NCBI GenBank assembly: GCA_041752475.1
Contig: JBGSWK010000042.1
Coordinates: forward strand, 15,676 to 79,675
Length of the DNA stretch: 64,000 bases
Reading direction: 5' to 3'
From: Pyrinomonadaceae bacterium
GTDB lineage: Bacteria; Acidobacteriota; Blastocatellia; Pyrinomonadales; Pyrinomonadaceae
The notes below the pieces were generated by a model. That model ran no database searches. It worked only from the letters and a program-made list of their open reading frames with translations, and was not told the origin of the DNA. Made by a program: the position numbers and the translations under genes. Position 1 is the stretch's first letter. Every line of letters starts with the position of its first letter. Positions 34,110-42,817 of the stretch are shown one piece after another.

Positions 34110-35284
34110 CACTTTATCGCGCGGACCGGTGAATACGGCGAGCGGTCGATCGCTGACTCGCGTCCGAGTATCTCGTCGGTCAGCAATTCGGCGGTTCCGA
34201 GCGACGTCGTGATTCCCAGTCCCTCGTGCCCGGTCGCCAAAAACACGTTCCCGCGAACCGGATGCCGGCCGATCATCGGCAGATTGTCATCGGTCGCCGG
34301 GCGAAATCCCGTCCAAATACGGAGCGCCGAGAGATTGGCGAGTTCCGGCATATACGACCAGGCACGCGACATCATTTGGCGAACGATGCCGAAGTCGACA
34401 GCCGCATCGTCGATATCATACTGGCGCGACGATCCCACCAAAACTTGTCCGGTGATCCGCGGCTGAATGTTGAACGCGACCGATTCCGAACCGCCGGCGT
34501 GCGCCGATTTCAAATAACCGAGTTCGACGAGCTGATGCCTGACGAAGTTCGGATAGCGGTCGGTTATCACCAGATGGCCTTTCTTGCGCCGGATTCCGAG
34601 GCCGCCGACCAATTCGTTCGAATCGCAGCCCGCAGCGACGATTACTTTGCCCGCCGAGATCATCGTCGAATCATCGAGCCGGACGCCGTTTTCGGTGATC
34701 CCGACCGCCCGTTTCCCGAAGATCCGTCGCGCGCCGGATGCCTCGGCGAGTCCGAGCAGGAAACGCGTTGCGATTGGCTGATAGACAACGCTGTCGCCGC
34801 GCACCAAGAGACCGCCGGCAAGTCCCGGCCGCAGATTCGGTTCCGCATCGCGCAGGCTGTGTTCATCGAGGACCTCCGCCGAGACTTGGCGCGAAGCGTA
34901 AAACTCGCGTTTCCGGATCGCTTCTTCAAGCTCTTCATCATCCGCGGCGACCCAGATAGTGCCGCAGTTTTCGAATTCGCTTTCGATCGGCATCCGATCC
35001 GCGAACTCGTTCCAGAGCCTTTGCGAATAACTGGTCAGGGCAAACTGCGCCTCGCTGTCGTCCATCGCGACGATGTGTCCCATCGCGGCCGCGGTCGCGC
35101 CCGACGCGGGTCCGTTGGAGTCGATTACCCCGACGCTGAATCCCTCGCGGGCGAGCGCTGCCGCACAGGCCGCTCCGACGATCCCGGCTCCGATGATCGC
35201 CGCGTCGAACGTTGAGGGACGGGCGTTGACGGATGCCGGAGACGAATCTTTGCTGACGGGCTGAGTTTGTTTCTTGTCCAACAT
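34109..35284 (-). CDS. DAO-family FAD-dependent oxidoreductase, D-hydroxyproline dehydrogenase catalytic subunit
   Basis: AAIIGAGIVGAA FAD motif, DadA/HcnC-like length; ATG 35284 chosen (TTG 35308 in the track would overlap the epimerase). Confidence 0.75.
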   Translation of the reverse strand: MLDKKQTQPVSKDSSPASVNARPSTFDAAIIGAGIVGAACAAALAREGFSVGVIDSNGPASGATAAAMGHIVAMDDSEAQFALTSYSQRLWNEFADRMPIESEFENCGTIWVAADDEELEEAIRKREFYASRQVSAEVLDEHSLRDAEPNLRPGLAGGLLVRGDSVVYQPIATRFLLGLAEASGARRIFGKRAVGITENGVRLDDSTMISAGKVIVAAGCDSNELVGGLGIRRKKGHLVITDRYPNFVRHQLVELGYLKSAHAGGSESVAFNIQPRITGQVLVGSSRQYDIDDAAVDFGIVRQMMSRAWSYMPELANLSALRIWTGFRPATDDNLPMIGRHPVRGNVFLATGHEGLGITTSLGTAELLTDEILGRESAIDRSPYSPVRAIK

Positions 35285-35300
35285 TTTTCGCAGCGACGGC

Positions 35301-36242
35301 TCAGACAATTCCGAAACGGAACGGATCGTTTTCGTCGAGGATCAATTCGTTGTCGCCGGTGATAAACGCCGTGCCGCGGATCTGCGGAATTACTTGTCCG
35401 TTCTCGATCTTCACGGATCCCTCGAACACGCTTCCGATGACGCTTTCCTGACGCCATTTGTCGCCTTCGGCCAGTTTTCCGTCCTCATACAGACACGCGA
35501 GCTTGGCGCTCGTCCCGGTGCCGCACGGCGAGCGGTCGTATTCGTCGCCCGGACAGAGGACGAAGTTGCGGCTGTCCGCCGTCTGTGATTTCGAAAAAAG
35601 CTCGATGTGATCGATCTCCGCGCCGTTGGTGCCGGTAACGCCTGCGGCGGTCAGCGCGTCCTTTACGGCGGAAGAGAACGCGGTCAGTTCGGCGAGGTTC
35701 GCGATTTCGACCGCCAATCCGTGATCCTCGACCAAGAAGAACCAATTGCCGCCCCAGGCGACGTCGCCCGTGACTTGGCCGAAACCCGCAACGTCAACCA
35801 CGACGCCTTTTGCCGACCGAAAGCTCGGAACGTTCGATATCGTCACATAGCCGTTCGCGTCGAGGACCGCTTCGACGACCCCGACCGGCGTTTCGATCCG
35901 AACGGTTCCGGGACCGATTCGGCCGAGAAACTCGAGCGTCCTGACCAGTCCGATCGTCCCGTGCCCGCACATCTTCAAAAATCCGACGTTGTTGAAAAAG
36001 ATGACGCCGGCGTCGCACGAGCGGTCGTGCGGCTCGCATAACAGCGCTCCGACGATCGCCGAATGACCGCGCGGCTCATTGACGATAGAATTTCGCAGCG
36101 GGTGGTGGTCGCGGCGAAACGCATCGACGCGGTCGGAAAGCGGGCCTTGGCCGAGATCCGGGAAGCCGTGCAGCACGACGCGCGTCGGCTCGCCGGCGGT
36201 ATGCGAATCGATGACGCGAATGCGTTGGATGTTCGAGGTCAT
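35301..36242 (-). CDS. 4-hydroxyproline 2-epimerase (proline racemase family)
   Basis: Both catalytic Cys present (MCGHGTIG and SPCGTGTSA), i.e. the Cys/Cys epimerase/racemase type rather than the Cys/Thr dehydratase type. Confidence 0.85.
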   Translation of the reverse strand: MTSNIQRIRVIDSHTAGEPTRVVLHGFPDLGQGPLSDRVDAFRRDHHPLRNSIVNEPRGHSAIVGALLCEPHDRSCDAGVIFFNNVGFLKMCGHGTIGLVRTLEFLGRIGPGTVRIETPVGVVEAVLDANGYVTISNVPSFRSAKGVVVDVAGFGQVTGDVAWGGNWFFLVEDHGLAVEIANLAELTAFSSAVKDALTAAGVTGTNGAEIDHIELFSKSQTADSRNFVLCPGDEYDRSPCGTGTSAKLACLYEDGKLAEGDKWRQESVIGSVFEGSVKIENGQVIPQIRGTAFITGDNELILDENDPFRFGIV

Positions 36243-36305
36243 ATGACGAGTTTACAGCAACGGCGCGCGCGGCGATTGAACGAATTTAGGGCGGATTGGA
36301 TGAGA

Positions 36306-37118
36306 TTATGATGTAATCTGCCGATATTCGTGCGGTGTCGCTCCGAGTTCAGACTTGAACCGCCGGGTGAAGTGGCTTTGATCCGAAAATCCGTGATCGA
36401 GCGCGATCTCGGCGATCGACTTCGTCGTTTCGGATAACTCGCGACGCGCGCTTTCAAGCCGCAAGCGCATCAGGAAACCGCCGACCGAACATTGATGAAA
36501 CTTGCGGAACGTTTGTGCCAGATGAACCGGATGGACGCCGGCGACGGCGGCGACCTCGGGCAGCGAGAAGGGCTCGGCGAGCCGTTCCCGCAAATGACGC
36601 TCGACCTTGGCCAGCCAATCGGGTTTGCGGCTTTTCTTCTCGAACGTCCGGCGCGCCGTTTCGCCCGTGATCTCGAGCATCAGGCCTTCGACGACGAGCG
36701 GGGAAACCTCGTCGAAACGCCGGAACTCGTGATACAGCCTGGCGCCGAGATCCGGCAAGACACCGCACCGGAATTCTGAAGTGATGCTCGGAAATCCGAA
36801 CTCGTCGCGGACCTTCGACATCCAGTTCCTTTCGATCTCGACGATAAACGAATGCCCTCCGGAATCGTGAAAATGTTCGGCGTGGGGATCGTCGGAAGCG
36901 TGAAACAAGGCCGTTCGCGGGGTGCACTCGCGACGCTCGCGGCCAAAGGTCTCGGTATAATTCCCTTTTAGTACGAGACAAAAAAGCGCGTTGTCGTGAG
37001 TGTGTTCCGGAGTTTTGAAATGCGGCGGATAGAATCGTTCGGACAGCGAAAACGCAGCGACCTTGCGACTTTGAAGGCTTTTTCCGAAAAGTTTGGAACT
37101 CGACGCCGGATACTCCAT
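36306..37118 (-). CDS. AraC-family transcriptional regulator (cupin-like N-terminus)
   Basis: C-terminal double HTH ending FSDQSHFTRRFK; directly upstream of the hydroxyproline operon. Confidence 0.85.
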   Translation of the reverse strand: MEYPASSSKLFGKSLQSRKVAAFSLSERFYPPHFKTPEHTHDNALFCLVLKGNYTETFGRERRECTPRTALFHASDDPHAEHFHDSGGHSFIVEIERNWMSKVRDEFGFPSITSEFRCGVLPDLGARLYHEFRRFDEVSPLVVEGLMLEITGETARRTFEKKSRKPDWLAKVERHLRERLAEPFSLPEVAAVAGVHPVHLAQTFRKFHQCSVGGFLMRLRLESARRELSETTKSIAEIALDHGFSDQSHFTRRFKSELGATPHEYRQITS

Positions 37119-37174
37119 TTGGTCTGCAATATAGCATTTTTCGGCGCGCGTGCTAAGCTTGAAATCCGTTGATT

Positions 37175-38119
37175 ATGAAAACCGCGTTCGTCCATCATCC
37201 GCAGTCATTGAAACACGACACCGGAATCGGTCATCCCGAGTCGGCGCTCCGCTACGAATCCGTGATGTCGGCGATGAAAAGCAACGAGCGCTCGTGGAGC
37301 GAACTGGTCGAGATCATTCCCGAAAAGGCCCCGCAGGGATTGATCCAGGCGGCGCACAGCAAGGAACATTACAAGCGCGTTGCGGGCGCGTTTGCGAACG
37401 GACTGGAGTTTCTGGACGCCGATACGGCGATCTCGATGGGGTCTTTTGATGCCGCCCTTTTCGCCGCCGGTGGAGTTTGCCGGGCGATAGACGCCGTGAT
37501 GAATCAGGAAGCGGACAACGCCTTCGTCGCCGCACGTCCGCCCGGGCATCACGCGACCGGCGAGAGCGCGATGGGGTTCTGCCTTTTTAACAATGTGGCG
37601 GTGGGCGCGCGCTACGCGCAGAATCGTTATGGCGAGATCGAGCGCGTCGCGATCCTCGATTGGGATGTGCACCACGGCAACGGAACGCAGGGGATCTTCT
37701 TCGATGATCCGAGCGTATTTTTCTACTCGATCCACCAGTATCCGTGGTATCCGGGATCCGGAAGTCGCGGCGAGACGGGATTCGGGCGCGGCAAGGGATA
37801 CACGATGAACGTCCCGGTCAAAGCGCACACCAAAGCGAGCGAGCAGAAACGTATGTTCGAATCGTCGGTCGAGACCATCGCGGCGGATTTCAATCCGGAC
37901 CTGATAATCATCTCGGCCGGGTTCGACTCCCATTTGACCGATCCGCTCGGACAATTGAGGCTTGAAGACAATGATTTTGTGTCAATGACGCGAATCGTCA
38001 AGGAATGGGCCGCGGAAGTTTGCGGCGGCCGCGTCGTCTCGGTCCTTGAAGGCGGCTACAATCTTGAAACACTCGGAACGACGGTGCGGCGGCACGTCAC
38101 GGCGCTTTCGGAAGACTGA
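37175..38119 (+). CDS. Histone deacetylase-family amidohydrolase (acetoin utilisation/acetylpolyamine type)
   Basis: RPPGHH, DWDVHHGNGTQ and GFD motifs; ATG 37175 (TTG 37169 in track). Confidence 0.85.
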   Translation: MKTAFVHHPQSLKHDTGIGHPESALRYESVMSAMKSNERSWSELVEIIPEKAPQGLIQAAHSKEHYKRVAGAFANGLEFLDADTAISMGSFDAALFAAGGVCRAIDAVMNQEADNAFVAARPPGHHATGESAMGFCLFNNVAVGARYAQNRYGEIERVAILDWDVHHGNGTQGIFFDDPSVFFYSIHQYPWYPGSGSRGETGFGRGKGYTMNVPVKAHTKASEQKRMFESSVETIAADFNPDLIIISAGFDSHLTDPLGQLRLEDNDFVSMTRIVKEWAAEVCGGRVVSVLEGGYNLETLGTTVRRHVTALSED

Positions 38120-38465
38120 CCGGAAAATCGGATGCGACAAAAAGGACTCGCTTTGAAATAGAGTCAAGATTCACGGTCTGAAACGGAGAGGCAAAATAGT
38201 ACCGGCTGCTCGAGACGCTGATCAGGAATATGTTGCCGAACTGCAGATCATCGACGGTAAACCTGCCGAAATCATTCGTTATCGCGGAACTTACTTCCAG
38301 GGTCGTAAGATTCATTGCCCTGACGTAAACTCGTTTAACGCCGTACCCCGATTCATCCGTCACTTTGCCCGTTATCTGTCCCCTGACGTCGATCTGCGAA
38401 CGCGCATCGCTAACGAAGGCGAAAGACAGAACGGCGACGGCGGCGAGAAAACCAATCGTTTTCAT
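38097..38465 (-). CDS. Secreted carboxypeptidase-regulatory-like (CarboxypepD_reg) domain protein
   Basis: Signal peptide MKTIGFLAAVAVLSFAFVSDA; GKVTDESGYGVKRVYVRAMN beta-sandwich-like motif; 3' end overlaps the convergent HDAC gene by 23 nt. Confidence 0.5.
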   Translation of the reverse strand: MKTIGFLAAVAVLSFAFVSDARSQIDVRGQITGKVTDESGYGVKRVYVRAMNLTTLEVSSAITNDFGRFTVDDLQFGNIFLISVSSSRYYFASPFQTVNLDSISKRVLFVASDFPVSLPKAP

Positions 38466-38648
38466 ATCCGACTCCTCAATTCTTGATTCTTCTGATGTTG
38501 GGATAATACTCGTAAACCGCTCAAAGTTCCAGAATACGGCTGACGGGAGAAGGCTGCGGACAATCCCACTTGGTTTGACAACCGTTTAGACACCTTCTCG
38601 CGAACTGTGTTAAAATTCGCCAATCAGATCAAATAAGGAGACGACGCT

Positions 38649-38927
38649 ATGCCCGATGTAGAAATTCCGTGCGTGCAGTGCAAGGAAATATTCGTGTTCA
38701 CGGAAAAGGAACAAGAAATTTTCTATCAACGAAATATGATGACACCGCAGCGTTGTACCAAATGCCGATCCAAGAAATCGGCAGCCGGTCAAACTTCGGG
38801 TAAGTTCGAGATCGTCTGTGACCATTGCGGCAAGCACGATCACGTCCCGTTTCAACCCAAGGTCGGCCGAGCCGTTCTTTGCCGCGAATGTTATCAGGCC
38901 AGCCGCTCAAAAGTGAGAGTTGCCTGA
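38649..38927 (+). CDS. Zinc-ribbon protein with four CxxC pairs
   Basis: CVQC...CTKC and CDHC...CREC; AAGGAG RBS 7 nt upstream of the ATG. Confidence 0.65.
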   Translation: MPDVEIPCVQCKEIFVFTEKEQEIFYQRNMMTPQRCTKCRSKKSAAGQTSGKFEIVCDHCGKHDHVPFQPKVGRAVLCRECYQASRSKVRVA

Positions 38928-39027
38928 CGCGACCTCTCCGCGTGGAAAGACTCCGCAGACCGACCGCTGCAACCGGAAATCGACGCAGCGCGGGCCGGGC
39001 CGGTTCAGACAGCAGATTACTAATTCA

Positions 39028-39822
39028 ATGAGTTTCGAAACCGTCAAATACGAGTTGAACGGCGCGATCGCCGTGATTACAATGAACCGCCCCGGAGCGC
39101 TCAACGCGCTATCGCTGCAATTGACGCGGGATCTGTTCGACGCCGTCAGGAAGGCGATCGGCGACCGGGCGCGGGCGATTGTTCTGACCGGCGAGGGTCG
39201 CGCCTTTTGCTCCGGCGGCGATCTGCGCGAGATGCAAACGATGTGGCAGCGCGAGGGCCGGATCGAAGCGTTTATGGAAGAGCCTCTCAAGGCTTTGCAC
39301 GATCTGATCACACTGATTCGCGAGACTCCAATACCGTTCGTCGCTGCCGTTCAGGGAGTGTGCGCCGGCGCGGGGTCGAATTTTGCGCTCGCCTGCGACA
39401 TCGTTTTCGCCGCCGCCGGCGCGACATTTAACGAAGCATTTGTCAGAATCGGACTTTCGCCCGATTGCGGCGGTTCGTTCTTTCTGCCGCGCGCCGTCGG
39501 GGAAAAGCGGGCGGCCGAGATTTTAATGACGGGCGAAACTATTTCGGCCGAAACTGCGTTAGAGATCGGGATGATCAACCGCGTCGTGGAATCGGATGTT
39601 TTGATGCAGGAAGCAACGTTGATGGCGTCGCGCCTCGCGAAAGCGCCGACCGCGTCGATCGGCCGGATCAAGCAGATGCTCAACGCGACGTTTTCGAACG
39701 ATCTCGCGACCCAACTCGAACTCGAACATCGGCTGCAGCTCGAATCGGGCCGCGGCAACGACTTCAAGGAAGGCGTTATGGCATTTTTTGAAAAGCGTCC
39801 GCCGGAGTTCACGGGAACATAG
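39028..39822 (+). CDS. Enoyl-CoA hydratase/isomerase (crotonase) family
   Basis: AVITMNRP, FCSGGDL, GVCAGAGSNFALACD oxyanion-hole motifs; start ATG 39028. Confidence 0.85.
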   Translation: MSFETVKYELNGAIAVITMNRPGALNALSLQLTRDLFDAVRKAIGDRARAIVLTGEGRAFCSGGDLREMQTMWQREGRIEAFMEEPLKALHDLITLIRETPIPFVAAVQGVCAGAGSNFALACDIVFAAAGATFNEAFVRIGLSPDCGGSFFLPRAVGEKRAAEILMTGETISAETALEIGMINRVVESDVLMQEATLMASRLAKAPTASIGRIKQMLNATFSNDLATQLELEHRLQLESGRGNDFKEGVMAFFEKRPPEFTGT

Positions 39823-39911
39823 AAAGCTGGACATTTTGAGAGTTTATGCCGTCAGGACTAAGCTTGGCGGCCTTTTTGTTTTGTGATCCGGTCATCGGGG
39901 CCGGAAGTGAA

Positions 39912-41177
39912 ATGAACTTAACGTATTCACAACTGCTGAAAGGGAACCGCGACTTTCGAAATCTGTTCGCGGGACAACTGATATCCGAGCTCGGCAACTG
40001 GTTCAACTACATTGCCGGCCTCGGACTGATCCGCGTTGTGTCCGGTGCCTCGCCGGAAGCGGCCGGCATCCTTCTGCTCTCCAGGACCTTGCCTTGGGCG
40101 TTGCTGCTGCCGTTCGCGGGAACGCTCGCGGACCGATTTTCGCGACGCCAGATAATGATCTGGACCGACGTTGTGCGCGGATTCCTGGCGCTTGTCTTCC
40201 TTCTGGTCAAAACTCACGACGATCTCTGGATCGCGTATTCCGGCGCCGTCATTTTGTCGACCGCGTCGGCATTCTTCGACGGCGCGAAGAACGCCGCAAC
40301 GGCGAACGTCGCCGGCCGCGACGGGCTTCTTTCCGGCACGGCGCTGATGTTCTCGTCGAGATTTCTGCTGATGGCGATCGGCTCCGCCCTCGGCGGAATC
40401 GCGTCCGCGTATTTCGGCTACGAGGTCGCGTTCGTCATCAACGGTCTTTCATTCTTCGCGTCCGCCTATTCGGTGTGGCTGATTCCGGAAGAAGCGATGC
40501 GTCAGGAGGCGACGGCGGCCCGTGTGAAGGACAGTTTCTTTACGGAACTCAAGGAGGGACTCCGCTACACCGTTCAGAATCATTTCGCGCTGACGATCCT
40601 GCTGATGAACATCATCTGGGCGACCGGCGGCGGCGCGACGTTTTTGGCGTTTGAAGGGCTGGCGTCGAAGGTTTACAGCGCCGCCGGTTTGAAGGCCGAT
40701 TTTGTGGTCGCGGCACTGATGACCGCGAACGGGATCGGATTGTCGGCCGGGATGTTGATCGCCCACCGCGTCGGTTCGTTCGTTGAGCGGAATCGGATCG
40801 AGCGGTCGTTCATCGGATGGGCCTTGCTGGCGCACGGCGTGTTGTTCGCGGCCGCCGGCCTGATGCCGACCGTCTGGCTCGCGGCCGTCTTCGTTATCTT
40901 TTCGCGGATGGTGGTCGGCGCGGAATTCGCGGTGCAGGAGACGATCTTTCAGCGCGGCTTGCCGGATCACATCCGTGGCCGGATCACGACGCTCGACCGC
41001 GGCGCCGAGATCACAATCTTCAGTTTTTCGAGCTATTTTGCCGGATTGTCCCTGAACTACATCTCGGCGCAGCTTTTGACGGCGCTGTCCGGGCTCTTGG
41101 CCGGAAGTTCGGGGATTATATGGTTTTTGCGTCAGAGGCGCGACGCTCCCGACAAGAAGACCGCCGAGGTTGATTGA
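39912..41177 (+). CDS. MFS transporter
   Basis: About 12 predicted TM segments, LADRFSRRQ loop 2-3 motif. Confidence 0.75.
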   Translation: MNLTYSQLLKGNRDFRNLFAGQLISELGNWFNYIAGLGLIRVVSGASPEAAGILLLSRTLPWALLLPFAGTLADRFSRRQIMIWTDVVRGFLALVFLLVKTHDDLWIAYSGAVILSTASAFFDGAKNAATANVAGRDGLLSGTALMFSSRFLLMAIGSALGGIASAYFGYEVAFVINGLSFFASAYSVWLIPEEAMRQEATAARVKDSFFTELKEGLRYTVQNHFALTILLMNIIWATGGGATFLAFEGLASKVYSAAGLKADFVVAALMTANGIGLSAGMLIAHRVGSFVERNRIERSFIGWALLAHGVLFAAAGLMPTVWLAAVFVIFSRMVVGAEFAVQETIFQRGLPDHIRGRITTLDRGAEITIFSFSSYFAGLSLNYISAQLLTALSGLLAGSSGIIWFLRQRRDAPDKKTAEVD

Positions 41178-41182
41178 CCGGA

Positions 41183-42118
41183 TCAGGCCGTTATTATGAC
41201 GGCCTTTGCGCCGCTCAATTCGCTGAAATCTTTCGTATAGATGGTATCGACCTTTCGAACGCTGCCGATCGTTTCAACCAATTCCTGCGTCGTAACATAG
41301 CCGTCGTCCGTTTGAGCGATCGCCCACGTCCTGATATGCGAGGCGGTGCGGAGGATTTCTTCAACGAGCCGCAGATACTGCGACTTGGTTTCACAAAGAG
41401 TGCCGAGCCGGCCCGCTTGCCGGGTCTCCATTTCGCTCCAAAAATCGTCGCCGGCGCGGAGCCATTCCTCGCGCCAGGCGGTCCAGCCCAGATATTTTCT
41501 CTGGCTGAGATTGTGCGCCCGCGGAAGGCGCAGGAACAGCAGTTCGGCGCGAAACATTTCGGCGACGAATTCATAGCCGTTGCGGTTTGAACAGGTATTG
41601 TCCAGACCGTTATCGACCGGCGGCGGCTGTGAGTTTCGAATGCGGCGGAAGACCGTCGAAAGCGGCTGACGCAATTCCCGCGTCGATTCATCAAACGAAA
41701 GCACATAGTCTCCGACCGCCATCGCAATGGTCGAGGCCACGGCTCTGAGAACCGGTGAATGAAGCCGCTCGATATTGCGTCGAACATTATCGAACCACCA
41801 CGAATCGGTTTCGCCGAACCAATTTCGCAGCGCCGGATTGATCAGTTTGTAACCCGGCACATAAGCGTCTTCGAGTACTGTCTCGACGTCCTGCTCCGAG
41901 AGAACCTCACCGTTGTTCCTGATCCAAGCGACCGATTTCGTCCAGCCGGTCAAAGAGAGGTCGTTGGCGTGGACGACGACGTTCCAGCGTTTGAGATAAC
42001 TCCCGAGTCCAGCATCGCCGGTGAAAGGCATCGCCACCGACGCGAATTTGAGGCGTTTCAGAACCGTCAACTCGAACGCCAGCCAGCCTTTCGGGATATT
42101 TGTTTGATTCGTCAGCAT
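41183..42118 (-). CDS. Hypothetical protein; weak by-eye resemblance to D12-class (Dam-like) methyltransferases, with no DPPY motif
   Basis: MPFTGDAGLG at the position of the FxGxG SAM loop and LFLRLPRAH where DPPY would be expected; ATG 42118 lies 1 nt after the HD-GYP stop (TTG 42151 in track). The coding call is fair; the fold assignment is speculative. Confidence 0.45.
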   Translation of the reverse strand: MLTNQTNIPKGWLAFELTVLKRLKFASVAMPFTGDAGLGSYLKRWNVVVHANDLSLTGWTKSVAWIRNNGEVLSEQDVETVLEDAYVPGYKLINPALRNWFGETDSWWFDNVRRNIERLHSPVLRAVASTIAMAVGDYVLSFDESTRELRQPLSTVFRRIRNSQPPPVDNGLDNTCSNRNGYEFVAEMFRAELLFLRLPRAHNLSQRKYLGWTAWREEWLRAGDDFWSEMETRQAGRLGTLCETKSQYLRLVEEILRTASHIRTWAIAQTDDGYVTTQELVETIGSVRKVDTIYTKDFSELSGAKAVIITA

Positions 42119-42119
42119 T

Positions 42120-42755
42120 TCAGTCAAGCTCAGCCTGGCGATCGTCCGCAAACGAGATCATCTCGGGCAGGTCTTTGAGTGTCAAAAAGGCCTTCACGAC
42201 CTTCGGATCGAATTCTATGCCGGACCATTCAACGAGGTATCGCATCGCTTCGGCCGACGAGATCGCGACCGAGTACGGCCTCGAATCGGTCATCGCGCAG
42301 TAAGTGTCAGCGACACGCAGAATCCGCGCCGCGAGCGGAATCTGATCGCGTTCAAGCGCATCGGGATATCCGGATCCATTCCACCATTCGTGGTGCCAGC
42401 GGACGAGAAGTTGAACCGCCCGCGAATTTCCGCGCCGCGCCGCTTCCTGTTCGCCAATGACAGTGTGGCGCTGCATATCGATCCGTTCTCCATCCCGCAG
42501 GAGTTCGGACGAACCAATGTAGTCGCGATTCATCAGCATCTCGCCGATGTCGTGAAGCATCGCTGCCTGCCGGAGCGAATAACGGTCGTGCGATGCGAAG
42601 TTGAAGTGCTCAGCCAACGCGTTAGCGATGGCTGCGAGACGCCGGGCATGGGCGTGGGCATAGCCTTCGAATTCGTCGATTTCAGCACCGAGTCCCGTCG
42701 AAACATCGTCAAACGTTTCAATGACCGGGGCTTCAGCGGCAAAGATACTCTCCAT
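42120..42755 (-). CDS. Stand-alone HD-GYP domain protein (putative c-di-GMP phosphodiesterase)
   Basis: HDIGE and HHEWWNGSGYP motifs; ATG 42755 (TTG 42794 possible). Confidence 0.85.
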   Translation of the reverse strand: MESIFAAEAPVIETFDDVSTGLGAEIDEFEGYAHAHARRLAAIANALAEHFNFASHDRYSLRQAAMLHDIGEMLMNRDYIGSSELLRDGERIDMQRHTVIGEQEAARRGNSRAVQLLVRWHHEWWNGSGYPDALERDQIPLAARILRVADTYCAMTDSRPYSVAISSAEAMRYLVEWSGIEFDPKVVKAFLTLKDLPEMISFADDRQAELD

Positions 42756-42817
42756 AAATTTCGCGGATCGTGCCTCAATAAAGCGCAACTTCAAACTCTC
42801 GTACAGTTTAACGATTT

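Noticed and set aside
36454-37137. 227-aa alternate-frame ORF within the AraC regulator gene
   Set aside because: It is on the same strand but out of frame with the ORF that carries the AraC HTH signature. Arg-rich composition typical of an off-frame read.
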